Below, piece by piece: positions 20,078-29,178 of a stretch of 64,000 bases of DNA. Both the position numbers and the translations under genes were made by a program. The first letter of the stretch is position 1; the number at the start of each line of letters is the position of its first letter. The notes under the pieces were generated by a model that saw nothing but the letters and a program-made list of their open reading frames with translations, made no database searches and was not told the origin of the DNA. The DNA comes from a virus (Duplodnaviria; Caudoviricetes), in IMG/VR virus record IMGVR_UViG_3300029305_003510, positions 96,001 through 160,000 of that record; one strand, 5' to 3'.

Positions 20078-20338
20078 ATGACCCAACAAGAACTTGATAA
20101 ATTAAATACTCTTACTAAGAAGTATGGGTATGAATTTAGATCTCTTAGAGAGATCAAGAAATATACACGCAAAGTGCGGAGAGATATTCGTGAGAAATGT
20201 AAAGCTATGGGAATTCGTGTCGATGATAATACCATAAGAATTTATCGGACATGGAAACCAAAGAAGAGATTTGATAATCTCTTAATCCGTCCTGGATTGA
20301 AGAAGCGTTATATTCAATTAAAATACAAAGGAGATTGA
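20078..20338 (+). CDS. Small basic hypothetical protein
   Basis: 86-aa K/R-rich ORF filling the operon gap; SD AGGAG. Confidence 0.6.
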   Translation: MTQQELDKLNTLTKKYGYEFRSLREIKKYTRKVRRDIREKCKAMGIRVDDNTIRIYRTWKPKKRFDNLLIRPGLKKRYIQLKYKGD

Positions 20339-20343
20339 TACGC

Positions 20344-20571
20344 ATGGCTAATAGTGAAATGATGGAACTGGAAGGTACTGTGGTTGAAGCATTCCCCAGT
20401 CTGATGTTCAAAGTTGCTGTAGATGTTGGAGGAAAGACTCATCATGTGATGTGTACGCTTTCCGGTAAGTTGAAGATGAACTATATCCGGGTGCTGGTAG
20501 GAGATAAAGTTATGATTCAGATGTCTCCATATGATCTGACAAAGGGTCGTATCACCTGGAGATACAAGTAA
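20344..20571 (+). CDS. infA: Translation initiation factor IF-1
   Basis: LEGTVVEA.P...SGKLKMNYIRVLVGDKV...SPYDLTKGRITWR. Confidence 0.95.
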   Translation: MANSEMMELEGTVVEAFPSLMFKVAVDVGGKTHHVMCTLSGKLKMNYIRVLVGDKVMIQMSPYDLTKGRITWRYK

Positions 20572-20661
20572 CAAAGGCGCTCTATTAAAGGTTGATCTGT
20601 GGGTAAACGTATCTATACATACCCATACTAAATCTTAAAATTCCGAAAGTGGGATTGATAT

Positions 20662-22449
20662 ATGAGTGCTAATTATCTCAAACTTTTATCGGCAACGGAT
20701 AAACTTCCAGTGCATACTGATTTAGATACACTGGATATCTACTGTGAATATCTGTTGAACGATTCCAGCAAATACATAAACTATGCAAATTTAACGAATC
20801 TTCAGGATTACATATCGAGAATGGATCCGAAGATCTTTATGACGAATGATGCAAAGATGGCTCGATATGAATTCATCAAGTGCTATCTGGAAGCTCGTAT
20901 CAGTCGTGGTGTAGTTTCTCGTAAGATGTGTCTCCGATATGTAAGTGAAACTGTAGATCATAAGTATTGGAAGATCATCCAGCGAGAGATTCTTAATTCG
21001 ATTGAACCTGATACACTGAAGAAGAAAGATATTGAATTTATCAATGATATGATCTTTGCTCAATTGAACGTCATGTTTCTGCATGCATACAAGGCTCCGA
21101 TTGTGCGACTTATGGAAGAATTGGAGACGAATGAGTTCGGTAAAACTCCTGAGAGTTGTACGAATGCAATCCAGTTATTCCAGAGTATGTTGAATGAGCT
21201 TATGAAAGCTCAGCGGAGATCTAAGCAGGACAATAGATTCAATCTGACAGACGTGAACCATTTTAATGCTATTATGACTGAAGCATGGGATAGACTGTTA
21301 TCTGAAAGTCAATTCTGGCAGACTGGTATGCAGGGTATGAATAACATGCTTGGTGGTGGCTTTGAGAATGGTCGAGTGTACAATTTCATTGGTGCAACAG
21401 GTGGTTTTAAATCTGGTTTGTTGTTAAATCTGATGAAGATGATCAAGCTTCATAATAAGGGCCATGAACACAAAGATCCAAATAAACGTCCAACCATACT
21501 CTTTCTCTCTCAGGAAAATAATATCTGGGAGACTATTTTACGTATTTTTGGTATCTTTGGAACAACCAAGAACATTCGGAATTTTACACCGGATGAAATT
21601 ATGGAGATTCTAAAGAAAGGTGGCTTCTGTCTTGTAAATGATGAGCAGGATATCGATATCGAGTTTCGATACTATGGAAATATGGATATCGGTGCAAGTG
21701 ATATTCGAGGTATTGTCGAAGAGCTTGACAATGCAGGTAGAGAAGTTATTTGTATCCTGCAAGACTATATTGAGAGATTGAGACCGCCGATTATGTCGGC
21801 AGATCGTAGAACACAGCTTAATGACTGTTCTAACCAACTTCATGATCTGGCGATTGAGCTGGATATTCCTATTATCACCGGTTCACAGTTTAACCGAGAT
21901 GGTGTAGCAACAATCGAAGATATGAGAGCTGCTGATAAGCATGATATCGGTAAGAAAGTTGGTAGCAAGAATGTTTCCGAGTCATTTGGTATGTTGAAGA
22001 ACTTCGATGTAAATATTAGCATTATCATCGAGTATGACGCAACAGAAGAACGATTCTGGTTGTCATTTAGACGTCTGAAATTCCGTGGTGATGATACGGA
22101 TGCTCTTGACTATTTTGTTCAGCCGTTTGTCGGAAAGAATAGCAAAATCCAGCTGATGGAAGATATCAATGCGGATGTTCCTGTGTATCGTAAATCTATG
22201 GTAGATGAGATTGCTGCAAATATTGTGGATGATGCTCAGTCTATCGGAGATATTACCAGACGCTCGAGAACTCTGCTTGAACCTGTAACGGATGATGCAG
22301 ATGATATTGAGATTGCAAACTTCATGGGACAGTTTGTAGACGATCTGGAACATTCTACTGGTGAGAAACCCGATGGAAGAATTACCGACAGTGACGGCTT
22401 CTATGTACTGATCCCGGCTATGCCGGGCAATGTCATCATGAGCCGTTGA
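20662..22449 (+). CDS. DnaB-like replicative helicase
   Basis: Walker A GATGGFKS, SQEN, QDYI, TGSQFNR motifs. Confidence 0.85.
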   Translation: MSANYLKLLSATDKLPVHTDLDTLDIYCEYLLNDSSKYINYANLTNLQDYISRMDPKIFMTNDAKMARYEFIKCYLEARISRGVVSRKMCLRYVSETVDHKYWKIIQREILNSIEPDTLKKKDIEFINDMIFAQLNVMFLHAYKAPIVRLMEELETNEFGKTPESCTNAIQLFQSMLNELMKAQRRSKQDNRFNLTDVNHFNAIMTEAWDRLLSESQFWQTGMQGMNNMLGGGFENGRVYNFIGATGGFKSGLLLNLMKMIKLHNKGHEHKDPNKRPTILFLSQENNIWETILRIFGIFGTTKNIRNFTPDEIMEILKKGGFCLVNDEQDIDIEFRYYGNMDIGASDIRGIVEELDNAGREVICILQDYIERLRPPIMSADRRTQLNDCSNQLHDLAIELDIPIITGSQFNRDGVATIEDMRAADKHDIGKKVGSKNVSESFGMLKNFDVNISIIIEYDATEERFWLSFRRLKFRGDDTDALDYFVQPFVGKNSKIQLMEDINADVPVYRKSMVDEIAANIVDDAQSIGDITRRSRTLLEPVTDDADDIEIANFMGQFVDDLEHSTGEKPDGRITDSDGFYVLIPAMPGNVIMSR

Positions 22450-22489
22450 TGTATAAACACTGTAAATTATTTTAAGGAGGAAATAATCC

Positions 22490-23206
22490 ATGCCTACTCT
22501 GAAAGAAAACGGAATTCCTAAGAAAGTCCCTCTTCTCATTAAACCTGAAAACATCACGTTTTATGACATTGAGATCAATGATGCGTTCGATTACGGCGCT
22601 CTGACACCTGAAGAGGTAACAGAGATTCAGCAGGCTAATGCAGACTTTGAAGCCAAGGTTCTGCAGCCTGAGCTGATGGGACGTGCACATCCCTGTGTTT
22701 GTATGCAGGAAAAGATCATGGAGCGTGCAATTACCCGTATGAAGCTGACTAACCAGCAGCCTGTAAATGGTCAGATCCCTGTTGAACTGACTCAGGAAGA
22801 TATCGATATGAAGCAGTTTGGTGTTGTTGTCAATACTGCTAATGGTCGATATGATGGGATCCTGGCCATTCTGTCCCGCTGTAAGGGTTGCAGTGATATT
22901 CGCATTTGGGGCACTATTGAGCCTCTGACCGCTATGGTTGCTATGGCATATAACGACTATATGAATCGCCAGCCCCAGCGTGTTGCTGTTCAGCAAGCTC
23001 TTGACGAGCGTGAGCAGAGTGATATCGCACCTGATGGTGATGATACTGCTCCTGTTGTCGAACCCAATACCGCTGCTGATGGTCCTATGTTCATGCTGGA
23101 AAATACCGAGACTGGAGAGAAGCATGCTGCAGATAATCTCAGCGAGGCTCTGTTTGGCGGCGGTAACAGCGAGTTCAAGATGACTGAAGCAAACGGCAAG
23201 GAGTAA
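22490..23206 (+). CDS. Hypothetical protein with acidic tail
   Basis: SD AAGGAGG, biased codon usage. Confidence 0.8.
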   Translation: MPTLKENGIPKKVPLLIKPENITFYDIEINDAFDYGALTPEEVTEIQQANADFEAKVLQPELMGRAHPCVCMQEKIMERAITRMKLTNQQPVNGQIPVELTQEDIDMKQFGVVVNTANGRYDGILAILSRCKGCSDIRIWGTIEPLTAMVAMAYNDYMNRQPQRVAVQQALDEREQSDIAPDGDDTAPVVEPNTAADGPMFMLENTETGEKHAADNLSEALFGGGNSEFKMTEANGKE

Positions 23207-23221
23207 GTCCCGTTGAGTGAA

Positions 23222-23268
23222 AGAAGATATGGATGGGACGTCATTGGTCCCATCCATATTCTTTTTTA
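23222..23268. terminator. Bidirectional terminator
   Basis: ATATGGATGGGAC-loop-GTCCCATCCATAT between convergent genes. Confidence 0.85.
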
Positions 23269-23700
23269 TTCATTGACGTCATTTCCGACTCTTCGGATAT
23301 ATCTATTCCAGTTGGTTTGAAGTCGTGTAGCAGATTTTGTTACAATCGTATCATATACATTATTCAGATACTCAACTGGAATAAGTCTCACTGTCTGTTT
23401 TATATAGAACTTCGAGGCACATTCTCGGTCATTAAGCATCATAACCATCCATCCAAGACTTGGCGTGCCGTATACATCAAGACTAAGAAGATACGGTTTG
23501 AATCGATAATATTGCCTCTCTGCATCGCTCACTTTATATGTGGCGACATAAGGGCGAATATATCGCATATAGATTTCAAATAGATTTTTATCCGGAATGA
23601 TTAATGTCTTATCATCTGTTTGGGTAAAAAATGTAATTTTGTTGATATCATATCGGTCTTCTCGATTAATGATATCATCCAGCGTTTTGATTACTGCCAC
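23266..23700 (-). CDS. Baseplate wedge-like protein (T4 gp53-like)
   Basis: KPYLLSLDVYGTPSLGWMVMMLN motif; GTG start after AGGAGG. Confidence 0.6.
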   Translation of the reverse strand: MAVIKTLDDIINREDRYDINKITFFTQTDDKTLIIPDKNLFEIYMRYIRPYVATYKVSDAERQYYRFKPYLLSLDVYGTPSLGWMVMMLNDRECASKFYIKQTVRLIPVEYLNNVYDTIVTKSATRLQTNWNRYIRRVGNDVNE

Positions 23701-24085
23701 CAGTTTTCTCCTCCTCTTCTTTTTTATCATTCAGAAAAACGAGATACCCTTCCTCAACTTTACCTGTTGGATAGTATAACATAAATTCTGCACCTTTCTT
23801 GAAACGAACAGGCGCAAAAGTTCCATGCATGATAGGAAGGGTAAGATAATGTACAGATTTGATGATATCCTGTGTGACAGGATAGTTGGTATTCATAAAG
23901 TACCCAGACTGTACTACAATATTTGTGTAGCTATCATCCTGCGGCGTAGTCGGAAGATACTCCGGTACATTTACTTGTACGTAGTTATCGACTCTCCGCG
24001 TTACATCTATATAGTCCCTTGCGGCATACACTTTCATTTGACCTCTAATTGTACTGGTGATGTTATTACCTACACCAGAGCCCAT
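23675..24085 (-). CDS. Hypothetical late (probably baseplate) protein
   Basis: SD AGGAGG, late-type promoter at 24109-24120. Confidence 0.65.
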   Translation of the reverse strand: MGSGVGNNITSTIRGQMKVYAARDYIDVTRRVDNYVQVNVPEYLPTTPQDDSYTNIVVQSGYFMNTNYPVTQDIIKSVHYLTLPIMHGTFAPVRFKKGAEFMLYYPTGKVEEGYLVFLNDKKEEEEKTGGSNQNAG

Positions 24086-24148
24086 AAATAACACCTCCTT
24101 GGTGATTTTATAGGGTTGTCAAACCAAATCTAACAGGAAGCGAGTTGA

Positions 24149-25537
24149 ATGAATTCTGTGAGTTATATTAAGAGATATGATACAAAGGATAAGAAGGTTA
24201 GTTCGCTTCTTGTTGGTAATAAAGCAAAAATTAAAAAGAGTGAGCTAACAGAAAGTCAGAAAGCTGCTGATGAGGTCTTTAATAATTGGTGGTTTCATAA
24301 AAATAAAGAACGAAAACAGATCCTTAGAATTGGAGGCCCTGGTGGCTCAGGTAAAAGCTATTTGGTTCGATATATCATCGAGCATTATGGTTTTAATGAA
24401 TCGAATTGTTATGTTATGGCATATACAGGTCAAGCCACGAATGTTTTGAGACAATCTGGTATTATGGCAAGAACGATTCATTCTTCCATCATGATACCAC
24501 GTGATGAACCTGTTCTTGATAAAAACACACATAAACCTATCTATCGAAATGGTATCCCTCTTACTACTGTAAAGTTTAAACCTTTAAAGAAGCTTCCAAA
24601 AGGCATTAAACTCCTAATTGTAGATGAGGCATCTTTTCTACCTCTCGACATGGAGAATACGCTGAAAAGTTTTGGTATTCCTATTTTAGAGATTGGAGAC
24701 CCTATTCAGCTTCCTCCAGTTAGTCGTGATGCTCAACCGTTTCATTTACGGAATTTGGATTACATTATGACTGGCTCTATGCGACAGAAAGCTGGCAGTG
24801 AGCTCCTTGATTTCTGTACCAGATTTCGTAGATTAGAAAATATTGATACCCGGCAATATCATGATGATGTCTTATTTCTATATGCACAGCCTACTTTAGA
24901 AGAAACATTCTGGAAGTTCTATCCATTTTTTAAGAGTGCAAATGTGATTGTTACGGCTGATAATAAACAGCGTCAGGTTTATAATGATCTTTATCGGGAG
25001 CATATTCTAAAAACAAATTCCCCATTCCCGATTGAAGGTGAACGAATGATCTGCAGACGCAACAACCATGCGATGTCTCTCGGACAGTATACTCTTGTGA
25101 ATGGTACGCAAGGTATCTGTATGCGGGATGTAGGACGGTCTATGGTAGACAAGGGTTCTCATGTATTTTATATGGATTTTCAGCCATTTACCTCTACAGA
25201 TCCTGAGGAGTATTATGGGGATTTAATGTGTGACACAGACTTCTTACATAGACCTTATGGTGTGGATATGTTCAATCAATATAAACCCGGTGAGAAGTTT
25301 GAATATGCCCATGCTATTACAACACATCTGATGCAGGGTGCGCAAGAAGATACGGTTATGTTCATGGATACGTTTAAAGGAGATCAGGAGTATCTTTGGC
25401 GTCTACGATATACTGCTGCAACCCGTGCAAAGAAGCGACTCATTTATGTCATTCCATATAGCCATAAACCCGGATGGAGTGATATCCGTTTTATGGAAGA
25501 CTCTCTTGGTAGTGTGCTTGGAGATCTTGTTCGATAA
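24149..25537 (+). CDS. Dda/RecD-like SF1B helicase
   Basis: GPGGSGKS, AYTG, RTIHS, IVDEAS, GDPIQLPPV, AITTHLMQG, YTAATRAK. Confidence 0.9.
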   Translation: MNSVSYIKRYDTKDKKVSSLLVGNKAKIKKSELTESQKAADEVFNNWWFHKNKERKQILRIGGPGGSGKSYLVRYIIEHYGFNESNCYVMAYTGQATNVLRQSGIMARTIHSSIMIPRDEPVLDKNTHKPIYRNGIPLTTVKFKPLKKLPKGIKLLIVDEASFLPLDMENTLKSFGIPILEIGDPIQLPPVSRDAQPFHLRNLDYIMTGSMRQKAGSELLDFCTRFRRLENIDTRQYHDDVLFLYAQPTLEETFWKFYPFFKSANVIVTADNKQRQVYNDLYREHILKTNSPFPIEGERMICRRNNHAMSLGQYTLVNGTQGICMRDVGRSMVDKGSHVFYMDFQPFTSTDPEEYYGDLMCDTDFLHRPYGVDMFNQYKPGEKFEYAHAITTHLMQGAQEDTVMFMDTFKGDQEYLWRLRYTAATRAKKRLIYVIPYSHKPGWSDIRFMEDSLGSVLGDLVR

Positions 25538-25556
25538 TGAAAGGAGAATTATATCA

Positions 25557-26066
25557 ATGAGTGGTGTAGCAATAATCGTTCATCATGATGATGGTAAAGA
25601 AAAGTGGCAATCCCATGAGGTATATCTTAAATATCCTATCACTTATGAGGGCTTTGAATTCAGTCAACGTGGATATGGATCTACATTGGAAGAAGCATAT
25701 CAGGACTTCATTGCTAAGTACAATAATGCAATGAAAAATCTGGAAGCACAGAGTCATATGATTCTTGAGACCGATGCTCTTGAGATATTGGAAGTTGATT
25801 GTTTCGGTGACCCTATATTCCGGCTGAATAAAAAGATGTATGGGAAACTTTATCAAATCGGTGAGTTGCATACCAAAGTTTTATATGCAATGTATCTTGA
25901 GGTTGGTTCAGCAACACGTTCTGGTGATGTAAATGTTGTACGAGATGTTCTGAACAGAATTGAGAATGATAAGTTTTATTTTGCAGATCGATCTGAACCT
26001 TTGTATGCCAAGGACTATGGTAAGACGTGGCATGCATATAAATCAGAGGGAACCATCTATAACTAA
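25557..26066 (+). CDS. Hypothetical protein
   Basis: SD AAGGAG; start corrected from the ORF track. Confidence 0.7.
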   Translation: MSGVAIIVHHDDGKEKWQSHEVYLKYPITYEGFEFSQRGYGSTLEEAYQDFIAKYNNAMKNLEAQSHMILETDALEILEVDCFGDPIFRLNKKMYGKLYQIGELHTKVLYAMYLEVGSATRSGDVNVVRDVLNRIENDKFYFADRSEPLYAKDYGKTWHAYKSEGTIYN

Positions 26067-26084
26067 CATTGGAGGTATATCATT

Positions 26085-26612
26085 ATGAGTAACCGACTCT
26101 CTAAGCCTTTATATTATCTCAGCATTGCTCAGTCTGTAGCATCAAGAAGTACCTGTATTAATAAGAAATGGGGAGCTGTTATTGTAAAAGGAGATGAAAT
26201 TATCTCTACTGGATATAATGGGGCTCCTCGTGGTCGTAAGAACTGCATTGATATTGGATCTTGTTATCGGTTGGTGAACAATATCCCCCGTGGGACTCAG
26301 TATGAATCCTGTAGATCCCTTCATAGTGAGGCCAATGCAATTATCTCTGCGGCTAGAAAAGATATGATCAATGGTACTATGTATTTGTATGGTTGGGATG
26401 TTGTGAATCAATGTCTTGTAGAACATGCAGACAGTTGCATGATGTGTAAACGGATGATTATTAATGCTGGTATCATTGAAGTTGTCGTAGCAGATGTCAA
26501 TGGTATTGCTAAAGATCCTGAAGTAGGCTATGGTTATCGCATTATCAAAGTCTCTGATTGGGTAAAAGATGATGATCTGAAGACTGTCAATGAGGGTAAG
26601 GCTGGGTATTAA
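26085..26612 (+). CDS. dCMP deaminase
   Basis: STGYNGAPRG, HSEANA and CMMC zinc motifs. Confidence 0.92.
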   Translation: MSNRLSKPLYYLSIAQSVASRSTCINKKWGAVIVKGDEIISTGYNGAPRGRKNCIDIGSCYRLVNNIPRGTQYESCRSLHSEANAIISAARKDMINGTMYLYGWDVVNQCLVEHADSCMMCKRMIINAGIIEVVVADVNGIAKDPEVGYGYRIIKVSDWVKDDDLKTVNEGKAGY

Positions 26613-26656
26613 AGGCCACAACATCACTATAAACTGATAAGAAAGGTGGTACATCC

Positions 26657-27235
26657 ATGCCTAGTGTTGCCGATTTTTTGCTCAAGCGTGTACAGGAAAA
26701 TGGCTGGTTTTCTGTTGGCAGCCTTTATTTTGATAACTGCTATACCCTTCAGCCTTTTGAAATTGATGGGCGCATTTGTCTCTCCCCGAGCGCTGAGCTG
26801 ATTATTGCAATCAATAACTATGACGCGATTGATTCTGCAACGCTGGATGACTATCTGGTGCACGATGAGCGGCGCATTGGATACCAGCAGAATATCGCTA
26901 TTTTCGGTTTCGAACATCTTCAGCATTTTGCTGTCAATCTTTTCAATTTGACGCATGTATATCCCAGCAAGGTTGAAGAGTTTCCTCTTCCTGCTATTCC
27001 CACTCCAGATGTAATCAACGGTATTACTTTGGATCCTGAAACCGGTTTGGCTGCAGATCAATCTGTTGCTCGTAAGATCACACGTAAGGAGATTGCCACT
27101 ATGGATTTGTTTCCAGATCTGGAGATCTCTGATGCATCTGGTGCACGTATTAAGAAGTTGCAAGACTTCTATGCGAACCAGAAACAGTTCGCAGAAGCTA
27201 TGAATAAGTTCCTCGGACTTTCGGACTGTATTTAA
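26657..27235 (+). CDS. Hypothetical protein
   Basis: SD AAAGGTGG; late-type promoter at 26620. Confidence 0.75.
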   Translation: MPSVADFLLKRVQENGWFSVGSLYFDNCYTLQPFEIDGRICLSPSAELIIAINNYDAIDSATLDDYLVHDERRIGYQQNIAIFGFEHLQHFAVNLFNLTHVYPSKVEEFPLPAIPTPDVINGITLDPETGLAADQSVARKITRKEIATMDLFPDLEISDASGARIKKLQDFYANQKQFAEAMNKFLGLSDCI

Positions 27236-27264
27236 TGATCTGCGACCTAACAGAATAATAACCC

Positions 27265-27410
27265 TTTGGTCGTAGTATGCATTAGGAGTTCGAATTCCAA
27301 ATACATACTATAGACTTGAACAACGGGGTGTCAGTGGTAATACACTGCGCCCCGTAGTTTACCTTTCTCATTCAGGAAAGGGTGTTAGTGTTGGCGCCAG
27401 CATTAACGAG
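27265..27410 (+). promoter_or_regulatory. Structured 5' leader with four hairpins
   Basis: TAGTATG..CATACTA; ACGGGG..CAGTG/CACTG..CCCCGT; CCTTTC..GAAAGG; GTTAGTGTTG/CAGCATTAAC. Confidence 0.5.
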
Positions 27411-27441
27411 AAAATCTATTATATCAAGGAGGAATCCGACC

Positions 27442-28086
27442 ATGAGCAAGAAAAAGAAGAACAAGAAGAATTCTTGGAAGTATTTCGATGGGGGATACGA
27501 CAAGAAGAAGTCTGGCAAGAAGGGCAAGAAGAATAAGCGTTCCGTTTATGATAAGCCCAAGATGAAGACCGTTAAGCCGACTCTGTCCAAGAAGGACGCA
27601 AAGGCTAATAAGAAGGTCGTTCTGTCTCCTGTGGAAGTCCCCAAGGAGTTCAGAAAGAATCGCCTGAAGTGCAACCATGCTGTGCGCATGATTACCCCTG
27701 AGGCATACCGCAACATGACTCCTACCTATGCGGCTTACACTCCGGCGCTGGAGCGTGTGGTCGAGAAGTATGGTGAGGATCATGTCCATGTCTGCAAGGA
27801 CTGCTATGATGTTCTGGTTGATCGCAATCTGATCACTTCCGATGAAGTCTATGATGCCATGACCACTCTGTATGTGGCTTGCAATGTTGCTGTTGCCAAT
27901 AAGCGTCTGAAGGAAGATGAGGTTAAGGCTATTGCAAAGCTGAAAGATGTCGTCGAAGACTTCCGTCCTGTTCTGGACATCCTGGAGAAGATCGAAGAGG
28001 AAGGAACTGAGTCTGCTCAGCCTACCAATACCGCGAGCCTGAATGCCAATAGCGGCGCTGTATTTGTAGATCCCAGTGATGACTGA
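27442..28086 (+). CDS. Hypothetical protein with Lys-rich N-terminus and possible Zn site
   Basis: SD AAGGAGG; KCNH...CKDC; strong codon bias. Confidence 0.8.
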   Translation: MSKKKKNKKNSWKYFDGGYDKKKSGKKGKKNKRSVYDKPKMKTVKPTLSKKDAKANKKVVLSPVEVPKEFRKNRLKCNHAVRMITPEAYRNMTPTYAAYTPALERVVEKYGEDHVHVCKDCYDVLVDRNLITSDEVYDAMTTLYVACNVAVANKRLKEDEVKAIAKLKDVVEDFRPVLDILEKIEEEGTESAQPTNTASLNANSGAVFVDPSDD

Positions 28087-28114
28087 TAATAGTCACTCAG
28101 TGCTACAATAAAGA

Positions 28115-28158
28115 GGGACGAGCGGGTATAATCCCGCTCGTTTCTTTTTCTTTTATTT
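28115..28158 (+). terminator. Intrinsic terminator
   Basis: ACGAGCGGG..CCCGCTCGT plus long T-tract. Confidence 0.8.
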
Positions 28159-28329
28159 TTGTATATGTTAAGTAGCGAGTAGGTATTCGCATATTACTTA
28201 TAATTTGATTGTGTTACAAACACAGTTATACAAATGAGCCGAAGAATCCGGTTTATTGACTGTATCTCTCGGAATATATATTATAGTATAGAGAAAAGAA
28301 AAGAAATTTCGAGAGGATGTGAATTATAG

Positions 28330-29178
28330 ATGAGCAAAAGAGTTATTAGAAAGTTTGATCCTAAAAAGATAAAGGGTGAAAGATGGGGCAAACTAGAAGT
28401 TGTTCGATTTGATCATGATGAGATCAAGCATGGAAAATACGGCAAATATAAAGTGCATTATGTATTGTTCCATTGCGAGTGTGGAAAAGAAAAGATACTC
28501 GATTATTATTCAGTCGCATCAAATACCAGAGGTGCGGTGAGAAGTTGTGGGTGTGCGTATTATGATAAAATGAAAGATGTGCGTAAATATCCAGATAGTA
28601 TGCGAAATTCACCACTCTATAATGTATACCATAATATGGTACATCGGTGTTATGATATTAAAGACAAAGATTATCATAAATATGGTGCGCGTGGTATTTA
28701 TGTGTGTGATGACTGGATAAAACCTGACAAAGTTCAAGGTTATATGAACTTTTATAATTGGGCGATTAATAGTGGATATGCCGGATATGAACCCGGTACG
28801 CCACGTAAAAATAGACCTACGTTAGATCGTATTGACAATAATGGTCCGTATGCTCCGTGGAATTGTAGATGGACTACCTATATAGAGCAAGCTAATAATA
28901 GACGGAGTGCAAGATATATAACAGATCTTGATGGTGAAGTTCTTACTTGGGCAGAATTCGATAGGAAGCATAATCTTCCATATAGAACCACAAAACAGCG
29001 AAAGCATCTGTATAAAGGTCAATGTTGGTCCGATGATGCTGTACTATATGCATCATATTACCAAGATAGAGGAATTCGCAAGAAGGTACGTACTGGTGAA
29101 TTTATTGATAAAGATGGATTCAAAGTATTAATACCTACAAAAGAAACTTTAAGGAGGATTTTAAAGTATGGCTCGTGA
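28330..29178 (+). CDS. Free-standing HNH-type homing endonuclease
   Basis: HCECG, SCGC, YGARGI.VC..W, TLDRIDNNGPYAPWNCRW, QANNRR. Confidence 0.85.
   Translation: MSKRVIRKFDPKKIKGERWGKLEVVRFDHDEIKHGKYGKYKVHYVLFHCECGKEKILDYYSVASNTRGAVRSCGCAYYDKMKDVRKYPDSMRNSPLYNVYHNMVHRCYDIKDKDYHKYGARGIYVCDDWIKPDKVQGYMNFYNWAINSGYAGYEPGTPRKNRPTLDRIDNNGPYAPWNCRWTTYIEQANNRRSARYITDLDGEVLTWAEFDRKHNLPYRTTKQRKHLYKGQCWSDDAVLYASYYQDRGIRKKVRTGEFIDKDGFKVLIPTKETLRRILKYGS

Noticed and set aside
27285-27357. tRNA (GTTCGAAT and AGTGGTA motifs)
   Set aside because: The motifs are in the wrong order and there is no acceptor or anticodon stem, so it is not a cloverleaf.
28330-29178. HNH gene as part of a group I intron in gyrB
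   Set aside because: gyrB is intact from its own SD/ATG; the HNH lies upstream with its own promoter and no intron core is evident.
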